A DNA stretch of 64,000 bases, from NCBI GenBank assembly GCA_947478395.1, contig CANJVR010000002.1, positions 224,001-288,000 of the forward strand, in the 5' to 3' direction. The DNA is from Opitutia bacterium (GTDB taxonomy: Bacteria > Verrucomicrobiota > Verrucomicrobiia > Opitutales > Opitutaceae). Positions 1 to 8,628 of this stretch are shown here, in pieces (position 1 is the stretch's first letter; every line of letters begins with the position of its first letter). The position numbers and the translations under genes are program-made. A model generated the notes under the pieces. It made no database searches. It had not been told where the DNA came from and was given only the letters and a program-made list of their open reading frames with translations.

Positions 1-1
1 C

Positions 2-1231
2 ACGAGCCTCGAGGCCGACGCGACCTATATCGACGGTGCGAGGCACGCCGGTGACGGCCTGACTTCGCTGCAATTCCGTCGGACGAAAGGCGGGGCGACC
101 GAGGAGATCCGGTTGCCGATCAAGTGGGCGGATGTTCTGCAGCTTGAGCGGCGCGGCAAAACCTGCATTTTTTCCGCCGCGATTTACGGTGAGCCTTTCG
201 TCAGCGCGCAGATCGCTGACCTCGATCTCGGAGCGGAACCGCTCGTCGGACTTTTCCTTTCGTCGCATAACGCGGACGTGCGGGAGACGGCGGTATTTCG
301 CGACGTGCGTTTCACGAAGCCGGTGAAAATGGGTTTCACGCCCTACAAGGATTACATTGGCAGCAAGCTTGAGATTCTCGACGTGCACTCCGGAAAACTT
401 GAGACGATCTATCAGTCGAAAGAGCCCTTCGAGGCGCCGAATTGGACGACGGACGGACGCAGCTTGATCTACAATGTCAGCGGCGCCGGTCCGAACAAGG
501 GGCGCTTGAGCCGCTTCGATCTTGCGACGCGCACGCCGCAGCCGCTCGACACCGGCGACGTCAACCGGAGCAACAACGATCACGTTTTGTCGTTCGATGG
601 GAAAATGCTCGGCATCAGCAGCTCCGGGCCGGGCACGTTCCGCTCGCGGGTCTGGGTGTTGCCCTCAACCGGCGGCGCGCCGAAATTGATCACGCCGCTT
701 GCGCCGTCGTATCTCCACGGCTGGTCGCCCGACGGCAAATTTCTGGTCTACACCGGCGGCCGCAAGGACCCGTCGAATCCCACCGGTCCCGACAAACTCG
801 ACATCTACAAAGTCGCGGTTGATGGCGGTGAAGAAGTGCGCCTGACGACCTCGAAAGGCATGGCCGACGGTTCTGAATATGCTCCCGACGGAAAATGGAT
901 TTACTACAACTCGACCGACACGGGACTGATGCAACTCCGGCGGATGCGGCCCGACGGCAGCGGCCAAGAGGCGGTGACGAATGATGAGTTCAATAACTGG
1001 TTCTCGCACATTTCGCCCGACGGGAAATGGATCGCGATGATCTCCTATGCGCCCGACGCCGATCCGTCGGATCATCCGTACTACAAGCACTGCTATCTCC
1101 GTCTGATGTCGACCCAGGGCGGACCGATTAAAGTCATCGCTTATCTCTACGGCGGACAAGGCACGATCAACGTGCCCTCGTGGTCGCCCGACAGCCGGAA
1201 GATCGCATTCGTCAGCAACGCGGATTTTTAG
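2..1231 (+). CDS. TolB-like beta-propeller (PD40 repeat) protein with N-terminal beta-sandwich domain; 5'-truncated by the window edge
   Basis: Frame is open from base 2 (TSLEADATYID...) into ORF 113..1231; repeated PD40-type motifs EAPNWTTDG, LHGWSPDGK, SEYAPDGKWIY, HISPDGKWI, VPSWSPDSRKIAFVS. Confidence 0.8.
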   Translation, partial: TSLEADATYIDGARHAGDGLTSLQFRRTKGGATEEIRLPIKWADVLQLERRGKTCIFSAAIYGEPFVSAQIADLDLGAEPLVGLFLSSHNADVRETAVFRDVRFTKPVKMGFTPYKDYIGSKLEILDVHSGKLETIYQSKEPFEAPNWTTDGRSLIYNVSGAGPNKGRLSRFDLATRTPQPLDTGDVNRSNNDHVLSFDGKMLGISSSGPGTFRSRVWVLPSTGGAPKLITPLAPSYLHGWSPDGKFLVYTGGRKDPSNPTGPDKLDIYKVAVDGGEEVRLTTSKGMADGSEYAPDGKWIYYNSTDTGLMQLRRMRPDGSGQEAVTNDEFNNWFSHISPDGKWIAMISYAPDADPSDHPYYKHCYLRLMSTQGGPIKVIAYLYGGQGTINVPSWSPDSRKIAFVSNADF

Positions 1232-1349
1232 GCACGATCCATTTTGATCGTTTTTGGTGAATGGCGCCCACCCGTGCCGGCCGAAAATGGGAGGCGCCGC
1301 CGCTTGGGCCCGAGTGCTCGATCGGGGGTGAAACCCTCGAAAAATAAAC

Positions 1350-1441
1350 TGGCGGAGAGACGGGGATTCGAACCCCGGATACGCTTTTACACGTATAACG
1401 CTTTAGCAAAGCGCCGCTATCGACCACTCAGCCATCTCTCC
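1350..1441 (-). tRNA. tRNA-Ser(GCT)
   Basis: Reverse complement GGAGAGATGGCTGAGTGG...GCGCT-TTGCTAA-AGCGT, long variable arm, GGGGTTCGAATCCCC T-arm, ends TCTCTCCGCCA (encoded CCA). Confidence 0.96.
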
Positions 1442-1692
1442 GAACAGTCTGTTTAGCGAATGAAGCGCCGGACCGAAGCGCAAGGGCGTTTTTGCCAGCG
1501 GCGGTTTTTGTGCCATTCGCGACGGCGTCGGATCACGAACCCTGATGTCGATATTCGCCTCTTCCTGACCGACTTCGCAGCTTTGCGCTGAGGGTCTGAG
1601 TCGGCGTCCAAAATTTTCGAGGCAACGGCGCCGCCGGCCCGAAATTTAGTATGGCCACCGGCTCGGCGCTTCTGCGACGGTGACCGGTGATT

Positions 1693-2181
1693 ATGAACCC
1701 TGTCCTCAAGCTGCTCCTCGAAGGCGGCAGTCTCACGTCCGCGCAAATCGCGCAGGTCGCGGGGCTGTCCGTACGCGAAGTCGAACAGCATCTGGAACAG
1801 TTGAAGAAGGATAAAATCCTTCTCGGCTGGCGTCCGGTGCTCGATCTTTCTCGTGAAGCCGCCGCCGCCGCCGATGTCCGCGCGGTCATCGAGGTCAAAA
1901 TCACGCCTGAGCGCGGAGGCGGTTTCAACCGCCTCGCGGAACGTCTCGCGCGTTTTGACGAGGTCGAGTCGTGTTACCTCATGTCGGGCGGCTACGATCT
2001 GCTCGTTTTCGTGAAAGGCGGGTCGCTGCAAAAAGTCGCCGGCTTTGTCTCGGAAAAGCTTTCGACGATCGAGGGCGTGCTATCGACGTCCACGCATTTC
2101 ATGCTCCGCTGTTACAAAGACCAGGGCTTCCTGCTCGATGTCGGCGAGGCGCCCAGCACGCGGCTCAACGTCGCTCCCTAA
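1693..2181 (+). CDS. Lrp/AsnC family transcriptional regulator
   Basis: N-terminal HTH (LTSAQIAQVAGLSVREVEQHLEQL) plus RAM domain motif EVESCYLMSGGYDLLVFV. Confidence 0.9.
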   Translation: MNPVLKLLLEGGSLTSAQIAQVAGLSVREVEQHLEQLKKDKILLGWRPVLDLSREAAAAADVRAVIEVKITPERGGGFNRLAERLARFDEVESCYLMSGGYDLLVFVKGGSLQKVAGFVSEKLSTIEGVLSTSTHFMLRCYKDQGFLLDVGEAPSTRLNVAP

Positions 2182-2199
2182 GCCGGAGGCCAGTCCATC

Positions 2200-3384
2200 A
2201 TGAGCACTGATCCCAAACGCTGGGTGGCGGGCCACGTGGCCGCTTTGCCCAAGAGCGGCATCCGCGATTTTTTCGAACTCGTGGCCAAGATGAAGGGCCA
2301 AGACGTGATCTCCCTCGGCGTCGGCGAGCCCGACTTCGTCACGCCGTGGCATATCCGCGAGGCCGCGATCTTCGCCCTCGAACGTGGCAAAACCTATTAT
2401 ACGTCTAACCTCGGTCTGATCGAGTTGCGGCGCGCGATTTCGGTCTACGTTGAGCACCACTTCGGTGTGAGCTACCGGCCGGACGATCAGGTGATCGTCA
2501 CGGTCGGCGTGAGCGAGGCGCTGGATCTCGCCCTGCGCGCGTTCTGTAATCCCGGCGACAAGGTGATGTTTCACCAGCCGTGCTATGTTTCCTATTCACC
2601 CAGCGTGGCGCTGGTGCACGCGCAGGGCATCGCCGTGCCGACGTTTGCGAAGGATAACTTCGCGCTCACCGCGGAGGCCTTGCGCGCCGCGTGGCAGCCG
2701 GGCTGCAAGCTGCTCATGCTTAACCTGCCGTGCAATCCTACGGGCGGCACCTGCGATCGTACTCAACTCGAGGCCATCGCGGCGTTTTGCCGGGAGAAGG
2801 ACCTGCTCGTGTTGAGCGATGAGATCTATTCGGAGCTCACGTTCGAGGGCACGCACACCAGCATCGCGAGCCTGCCGGGGATGGCTGAGCGCACGATTTT
2901 TCTGCACGGTTTTTCCAAGGCGTTTGCCATGACCGGTTGGCGTCTCGGCTACGCCTGTGGTCCGGCCTCGCTCATCGATGCAATGATGAAAGTCCACCAG
3001 TACACGATGCTGTGCGCTTCGATCATTGCCCAAGAAGCGGCGCTCGAGGCGTTGCAACGCGGCTGGGACAGCGTGCTGAAAATGCGCGAGCAGTATCACC
3101 GGCGTCGCGATCTCGTGGTGCGTCGCTTCAACGAGATCGGTCTGAAGTGCCACTCGCCGCGCGGAAGCTTCTACGCTTTTCCCAGCATCATATCGACCGG
3201 CCTGAACGAGAAGGAATTCGCGACCGGCTTGCTCACCGAGCAAAAAGTCGCGGTCGTCCCCGGCAGCGCTTTCGGCGAAAACGGGATCGGTCACGTCCGG
3301 GCCTGTTTCGCGACCGGCTACGACCAACTCATCGTCGCCTGCGATCGCATCGAGCGGTTTGTGCAGGGCGGGAGGAAATCGTAG
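2200..3384 (+). CDS. PLP-dependent aminotransferase class I/II (Lrp-linked, YugH-like)
   Basis: ISLGVGEPDF, PCNPTG, SDEIYSEL, FSKAFAMTGWRLG (PLP lysine) motifs; 18 nt after the Lrp gene. Confidence 0.92.
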   Translation: MSTDPKRWVAGHVAALPKSGIRDFFELVAKMKGQDVISLGVGEPDFVTPWHIREAAIFALERGKTYYTSNLGLIELRRAISVYVEHHFGVSYRPDDQVIVTVGVSEALDLALRAFCNPGDKVMFHQPCYVSYSPSVALVHAQGIAVPTFAKDNFALTAEALRAAWQPGCKLLMLNLPCNPTGGTCDRTQLEAIAAFCREKDLLVLSDEIYSELTFEGTHTSIASLPGMAERTIFLHGFSKAFAMTGWRLGYACGPASLIDAMMKVHQYTMLCASIIAQEAALEALQRGWDSVLKMREQYHRRRDLVVRRFNEIGLKCHSPRGSFYAFPSIISTGLNEKEFATGLLTEQKVAVVPGSAFGENGIGHVRACFATGYDQLIVACDRIERFVQGGRKS

Positions 3385-3557
3385 AGCGACGGCGCGCGAA
3401 ACATCCCGCTTTGCGGGCACCCCTCGCTAGAAAGGGGAATCACACCTTCGTGAGCGTAAACCAAGGGCTGGCTCCCGTTCTTGAGAGCAGTTCCCGCGGG
3501 GCCGGGCGTTTCTTGACCACCGGGTCGCGCGCCGCGCTTCGGCCGCTCCAAGTTTTC

Positions 3558-3592
3558 CTACTCGCTACTCGCTACCCGCTACCCACTAATTC
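3558..3592 (+). repeat. Degenerate 7-nt tandem repeat upstream of der
   Basis: CTACTCG CTACTCG CTACCCG CTACCCA CTAATTC, ending 8 nt before the der ATG. Confidence 0.8.
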
Positions 3593-3600
3593 CCCGTCCT

Positions 3601-5082
3601 ATGTCCCGTACCGTCGCTATCGTCGGCCGACCCAATGTCGGCAAAAGCCGCCTCTTTAACCGGCTGGCGCGGAAACGCATTTCCATCGTCCACGATCAGC
3701 CTGGGGTGACGCGCGACGTCATTTCGACCGAGATCGCCGAAGGCGAATTCACGTTGCTCGATACCGGTGGCCTCGGGCTGGTGGGTGACGATCGCACCAC
3801 GGATATCATCAAGGCCGCCGAGCGGCAGGTTGATTTCGCCATCGCCTCCGCCGATCTCATTCTCTTCGTGGTCGACGGGCTCGAGGGCGTAATCGGTCTC
3901 GACGAACGCATCGCGCAGAAGCTGCGCAAATCCAAGAGGAACGTGCTGCTCGTCGTGAACAAAGCCGACTTTAACGACGACAAGGTCCAGCTCTCCGATG
4001 CCTATCGTCTCGGCCTCGGCGAACCCGCGCGCGTCTCCGCCGAACACGGCACGGGCGAAACCGAGCTGCGCGCCCTTATTCTCGCCCGCCTGGGCGGGCC
4101 GCTCGCCTCGGATGTGGCCGCGCCTAAAACCGCCGCCGATCCGCTCTGCGTGTGTTTCATCGGCCGCCCGAATGTCGGCAAATCTTCACTCAGTAACAAT
4201 CTCCTCAAAAGCGACCGCCTCGTGGTCAGCCCCTTTGCGGGCACGACGCGCGATTCGGTTGAATTACCGTTCGAGTTCAAGGGCCGCGACGGCGAGATGT
4301 ATCCCTTCAAGCTCATCGACACAGCCGGCATCAAGGCGGCCACCAAGCTGGCGTCGCCCGTGGAATATTTTTCCCGCCTGCGTTCCCTTGATGCGATTCA
4401 GCGCGCCGACGTGGTTTTCCTCGTGGTTGACGCCCTCGAGGGCGTCACGCAGCAGGACAAGGCCATCGCCGGCGAGGCGATCAAGGAGAAGAAGCCCATC
4501 GTGATCGTGGTCAATAAATGGGATCTCGTGCAGGACATGTTCAAGGGAGGAAACCTAAAGCTTACCGGCTATAAAAACGCGCGCGATTACCGCGATAAAT
4601 ATGAGAAGGCTCTGTTTGACCGCCTGTTCTTCACGCCGGGCGCGCCGCTCATTTTCGTTTCGGCGATGAGCGGCTATGAAGTTGACCGCATGTTGAACGC
4701 CGCCGTGAAGCTGCACCGCACGCTCGATAAGAAATTGCCGACCGCAAAACTGAACCAGCGGCTCGAATACCTCGCGGACCGTACGCCGCCGCCCGCGATT
4801 GGCGGGAAACGCTTCCGCATTTACTACGCAACGCAGACGGGTACGCGGCCTTTCCGCATTAAAATTTTTTGCAACCGCGAGGAGAAACTCACCGAGCAAT
4901 ATCGCCGCTACCTCGAAGCCGGTTTGGTCGAGGAGTTCGATCTTGCGGGTTGCCCGATTTATTTCGATCTCGTCGGCAAGGAAGCGCGCGAGCCCGAGGC
5001 GTTCAGCAACAGTTCCTATCCCACGACCAAGGCGCAGCACAAAGCCCGACCCGTTCTTAAACGTGAAACGCTCGAAGACTGA
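3601..5082 (+). CDS. der: Ribosome biogenesis GTPase Der (EngA)
   Basis: Two GTPase domains (GRPNVGKS x2, DTGG/DTAG, NKAD/NKWD) plus KH-like C-terminal domain. Confidence 0.97.
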   Translation: MSRTVAIVGRPNVGKSRLFNRLARKRISIVHDQPGVTRDVISTEIAEGEFTLLDTGGLGLVGDDRTTDIIKAAERQVDFAIASADLILFVVDGLEGVIGLDERIAQKLRKSKRNVLLVVNKADFNDDKVQLSDAYRLGLGEPARVSAEHGTGETELRALILARLGGPLASDVAAPKTAADPLCVCFIGRPNVGKSSLSNNLLKSDRLVVSPFAGTTRDSVELPFEFKGRDGEMYPFKLIDTAGIKAATKLASPVEYFSRLRSLDAIQRADVVFLVVDALEGVTQQDKAIAGEAIKEKKPIVIVVNKWDLVQDMFKGGNLKLTGYKNARDYRDKYEKALFDRLFFTPGAPLIFVSAMSGYEVDRMLNAAVKLHRTLDKKLPTAKLNQRLEYLADRTPPPAIGGKRFRIYYATQTGTRPFRIKIFCNREEKLTEQYRRYLEAGLVEEFDLAGCPIYFDLVGKEAREPEAFSNSSYPTTKAQHKARPVLKRETLED

Positions 5083-5974
5083 TTATCGCGGTGACGCCGC
5101 CCTGACCCTTTCCACGCGGGCGCTCGAACTCACGGTTACGACGGGCGTCGGCCCGCGGGTGGTCGCTTTCGGCTCCACCGCGGGGCGCGCGGGAAATTTG
5201 TTTATTCAGTTCCCGCCTGGGATGCCGCGCGCCCACGGATATGAGCTGCGTGGCGGCCATCGCTTGTGGCATTCGCCGGAACACGTCGTGCGGACGTATC
5301 AGCCGGACGACGCGCCGCTCGCCGTGAAAGAATTGCCGAGCGGGGTCGCGCTCACGCAACCCGCGGAGGAAAAGACCGGATTTCAAAAAAGTCTGAAGCT
5401 CGAGTTCCAGGGCGAGCGCACCGTCAAAGTCACCCACACGCTCACCAACCGCGGGCTTTGGTCGGTGGAGTGTGCGCCGTGGGCGCTGACGATGTTCCGG
5501 CCCGGTGGCTATGGCGTGATTCCGCTGCTGCCCAAGGGCAATCATGCCGACGGCGATTTGCTGCCGAACTACGCGATCGTGCCGTGGACGTATACGGATT
5601 TGGCACTGCCGGTGTGGCAGCCGCACCGCGACTTTATTGGCATCGAGGTCAGCAAGGCTCCTACCGCGCAAAAACTCGGTCTCACGAATTACCCGGGCTG
5701 GTCGGCCTACTGGCTCGATGGCACGACCTTCGTGAAGCACGCCGCGGTCGTGCCCGGCGCGCGTTATCCCGATCTCGGCTGTTGCTTCGAAACGTTTACC
5801 AACGGCGAAATGATCGAATTGGAAACGCTGGGCGCGTTGACTTCGCTTGCGCCGGGAAAAAGTGCGACCCACGTGGAGCGCTGGACGGTGTTCGACGGAC
5901 TCGCGAAGCCGGACACCGATGAAACGTTTCAGAAACTCACGGCCGCGGTGACGCGGTGGTTGGCGAAGTTTTAG
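5063..5974 (+). CDS. Conserved hypothetical protein, DUF4380/galactose-mutarotase-like fold
   Basis: Probable GTG start at 5063 overlapping the der stop; motifs VGPRVV, GGHRLWHSPE, YQPDD, APWALT, ELETLG. Confidence 0.7.
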   Translation: MKRSKTDYRGDAALTLSTRALELTVTTGVGPRVVAFGSTAGRAGNLFIQFPPGMPRAHGYELRGGHRLWHSPEHVVRTYQPDDAPLAVKELPSGVALTQPAEEKTGFQKSLKLEFQGERTVKVTHTLTNRGLWSVECAPWALTMFRPGGYGVIPLLPKGNHADGDLLPNYAIVPWTYTDLALPVWQPHRDFIGIEVSKAPTAQKLGLTNYPGWSAYWLDGTTFVKHAAVVPGARYPDLGCCFETFTNGEMIELETLGALTSLAPGKSATHVERWTVFDGLAKPDTDETFQKLTAAVTRWLAKF

Positions 5975-5989
5975 GCGCAAGAGTGGGTT

Positions 5990-6265
5990 GCCCACGGAAC
6001 ACCCGGACGACACGAAAACATTTGGGTGGTCTGCCGGCACCAGCGATGGCGCCGCTAGAGCGTCTTGAGTTTTCCCTGGCTGTATTGTGTAGCGGCAGGC
6101 GTCGCTGCCTGCCGTGTTCGGCGTCCTCGTTCCGGGCAGGCAGGGACCGACTGCCGCTGCCTCGTTAGCGGCTACGCTATTTGTTAAACCGCTCAAGGGG
6201 AGAAAATGGACCACGGGTGATCATATTTTGGATTCCGTTCCGTGTGATCCGTGTGTTCCGTGGGC
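5990..6265. repeat. 28-bp imperfect inverted repeat pair (5990-6017 and 6238-6265) with 9-nt internal periodicity
   Basis: GCCCACGGAACACCCGGACGACACGAAA versus reverse complement of the right arm GCCCACGGAACACACGGATCACACGGAA: 24 of 28 positions identical. Confidence 0.85.
6056..6196. repeat. ~141-bp MITE/REPIN-like dispersed element, copy 1
   Basis: Aligns end-to-end with the reverse complement of 9926-10067; core GTAGCGGCAGGCGTCGCTGCCTGCC palindrome plus inverted partner; ends TAGAGCG...CCGCTCAA. Confidence 0.85.
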
Positions 6266-6274
6266 TCCTCACTC

Positions 6275-7294
6275 ATGCCTGCCGTTCCGCTCCGCCTCGT
6301 CTTCCTCGGCTCCGACGCTATCGCGCAGCCTCTGCTCGATTGGCTGGCCGGCGAGGGCAGCGCTCACGCGCAACTGGTGGCAGTCTTCACGCAGCCGGAT
6401 CGGGCCGTCGGTCGCGGCCAAAAAGTAACGCCCAACGCGATCAAAACCTGGGCGCTCACGCATGGGCTTCCTGTGTTTCAGCCCGAAAAATTAACCGACG
6501 ACGTCCGCGCGCAGCTCGCTGCGCTTCAGCCCGACGTTTCCCTCGTGATGGCGTACGGCCACATTTTGCGGGAGGCCTTTATCGCGACGCCACGGCTCGG
6601 CACGTTGAATCTCCACACGTCGCTCCTCCCCAAATATCGGGGGGCGTCTCCGATCCAAACCGCGGTCGCGTGCGGCGAACGCGAAACCGGCGTGACCTTG
6701 ATGCGTATCGTACGGGAACTCGATGCGGGACCGCTGGCCGACGTGGAGCGCGTGAGTATTGCCCCGCTCGAAACGGCGCTCGATATCGAGGCTAAACTTT
6801 CCGCCGCCTGTGTGCCGCTCGTCGCGCGCACCCTTCCGCTCCTCGCGACGGGTTCGCTGCCGTTCACGGCTCAGGATCATGCTGCCGCGACGTTTTGCCG
6901 CCGTTTGGAAAAAGTGGATGGCGTCCTTAGTTTCGCCGAGCCGGCGGCGCAGCTCGCGGCGCGGATCAATGGCCTTTTCCCGTGGCCAACCTGCGTGATC
7001 GACCTTGATGGCCAGCCCGTGAAGTTGGGTCTGGCGGATAGTTTCGATGACGCTGCGACCGTCCGTGCTGAGGGTGCTCGCGCCGCCGGGACCATTCTTG
7101 GTTGCGATGAACACGGTTTGCTCGTGGCCACGCCCGACGGCGTGCTCCGCTTGCGCCGGCTCCAACGGCCGGGCGGACGGATGTTGCCGGCCGGAGAATT
7201 TCTCCGCGGTTTCCCGGTTGCGACGGGTACGCGCCTGGGTTCGCACGCGATGCCCTCGCTGTGCGGGAGCTCACCGTTTCCGTTTCGGCGTTAG
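6275..7294 (+). CDS. fmt: Methionyl-tRNA formyltransferase
   Basis: LVFLGS, VFTQPDR-GRG, NLHTSLLPKYRGASPIQ, LDAGP motifs; ATG at 6275. Confidence 0.96.
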   Translation: MPAVPLRLVFLGSDAIAQPLLDWLAGEGSAHAQLVAVFTQPDRAVGRGQKVTPNAIKTWALTHGLPVFQPEKLTDDVRAQLAALQPDVSLVMAYGHILREAFIATPRLGTLNLHTSLLPKYRGASPIQTAVACGERETGVTLMRIVRELDAGPLADVERVSIAPLETALDIEAKLSAACVPLVARTLPLLATGSLPFTAQDHAAATFCRRLEKVDGVLSFAEPAAQLAARINGLFPWPTCVIDLDGQPVKLGLADSFDDAATVRAEGARAAGTILGCDEHGLLVATPDGVLRLRRLQRPGGRMLPAGEFLRGFPVATGTRLGSHAMPSLCGSSPFPFRR

Positions 7295-7374
7295 ATTTCG
7301 CGGGCCCGCGGGCGAGGATTGCCCGCCCAGGTGGACCCCCTCACCAGCTTCGTCGTGTCGTCTGGAAATTCCGG

Positions 7375-7581
7375 ATGACCCGTTACGGGAGGTTCCGGCC
7401 GAAATTGTCGCCGCCGTTGGTATCGTTAAACGTCGCCTGCGTTCTGATGAACCTGATGTTGGCGCTGCGGCCGGACAACGATCTCGGCTGCGTCTATTTC
7501 TACCGCGTGGCGGCGGTGATTTGGTTCTGGTTGACGCCGATCACGTTCATGCTGGGGCTGCGCTGGCGGCAGACCGCGTGA
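7375..7581 (+). CDS. Putative small membrane protein (68 aa, two hydrophobic segments)
   Basis: ATG 7375; hydrophobic stretches LVSLNVACVLMNLMLAL and VAAVIWFWLTPITFMLGL; fills the gap between fmt and the convergent SDR gene. Confidence 0.4.
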   Translation: MTRYGRFRPKLSPPLVSLNVACVLMNLMLALRPDNDLGCVYFYRVAAVIWFWLTPITFMLGLRWRQTA

Positions 7582-7585
7582 CGAT

Positions 7586-8395
7586 TCACCAAGATGGAAT
7601 CGGCGCTTTCATTCCGTCGCGGATCCAAAGGAACTGACCGTTCACGGCGTTGTTTTTCGGTTCGAGCATTTCCAGCACGAGGTCGGCGGTTTTCTCCGCC
7701 GGATCCCCGCCGGTGCGCTCGACCTTGTCGGCCCATTTCAACATGTCGCGCCCGGGACCGGTGCGGGAATTCGCGTCGGCTTTGATGGCGGCCCACATCT
7801 CGGTCTTAACTTCTCCTGGGTGGAGCACATTGGCGGTCACACCCGTGCCGGCAAGTTCCTGCGCGAGCTGGCGCGTGAAATGATTCAGCGCGACTTTGCT
7901 CAGCTGGTAAGCCGACGAAACATTGTACACCGGCGCGAGCGCGGCGGCCGAACTCACATTGAAAATCCGGCCCCAACCGGCGCCGATCATCCCGCCCATG
8001 AACGCGCGACACACCAGATAAGGTGCGAACGTGTTGATGCGAACGGTCTCCATCCAGGTCTCGGGCGAGGATTCGCCGATGGTGAGGCACTCGCCGAACA
8101 GGCCGGCGCCGTTGAACAAAATTTGTGGAGCGCCGAAACGCTGCTCCACCGCGAGGCGGAGCGTCTCGACTGCGGCGGCGTCGGAAACATCGCAGGGAAA
8201 TGCCGCCGCCGTACCGCCTGCGGCGGCAATCTCGTGGGCGACGCGATCGAGCACGACCTTGCGCCGGCCGACTAAGGCGACGGCCATTCCTTGCTGTGCG
8301 ATGGCGCGCGCCACGGCTTCGCCGACGCCACTCCCGGCTCCGGTGACGAGGGCGGTTACTTTTCGGTTCAGGGGTGGCGTGGTGGTGGGAGTCAT
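7586..8395 (-). CDS. SDR family NAD(P)-dependent oxidoreductase
   Basis: TGAGSGVG, NGAG, NVSS and YQLSK (YxxxK) motifs. Confidence 0.93.
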   Translation of the reverse strand: MTPTTTPPLNRKVTALVTGAGSGVGEAVARAIAQQGMAVALVGRRKVVLDRVAHEIAAAGGTAAAFPCDVSDAAAVETLRLAVEQRFGAPQILFNGAGLFGECLTIGESSPETWMETVRINTFAPYLVCRAFMGGMIGAGWGRIFNVSSAAALAPVYNVSSAYQLSKVALNHFTRQLAQELAGTGVTANVLHPGEVKTEMWAAIKADANSRTGPGRDMLKWADKVERTGGDPAEKTADLVLEMLEPKNNAVNGQFLWIRDGMKAPIPSW

Positions 8396-8628
8396 GGTGT
8401 AAGGCGCGATTGGGAGGCGTGTATGATGTGAAACGTTGAGCCGGACTTTGCCAACACCGCCGGTGTTGCGGCCAGAATGCGGGTAGCGGCACGCGTGAGC
8501 GTTGGGGAGGAGACCATCGCAAGCCTCACGGCGTCCGCTAGGCGGAAAATGTCCTAGGTCCCGCCGCTTATGCGATAGACTTCACGGCGCGCGTTTAATC
8601 ATGCTCGGGATCAACCCCCGCCCCAGAG

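Noticed and set aside
1232..1441. tRNA-Ser as a genomic island integration site
   Set aside because: No integrase, no duplicated tRNA 3' end noticed and no compositional shift within the window
3403..3441. CCCGCTTTGCGGG / CCCCTCGCTAGAAAGGGG double hairpin after the aminotransferase gene
   Set aside because: Single occurrence in the window with no T-run; cannot distinguish a repeat relic from a weak terminator
4799..5062. N-terminal extension of the DUF4380-like ORF
   Set aside because: Overlaps der in another frame and looks non-protein-like; GTG 5063 preferred
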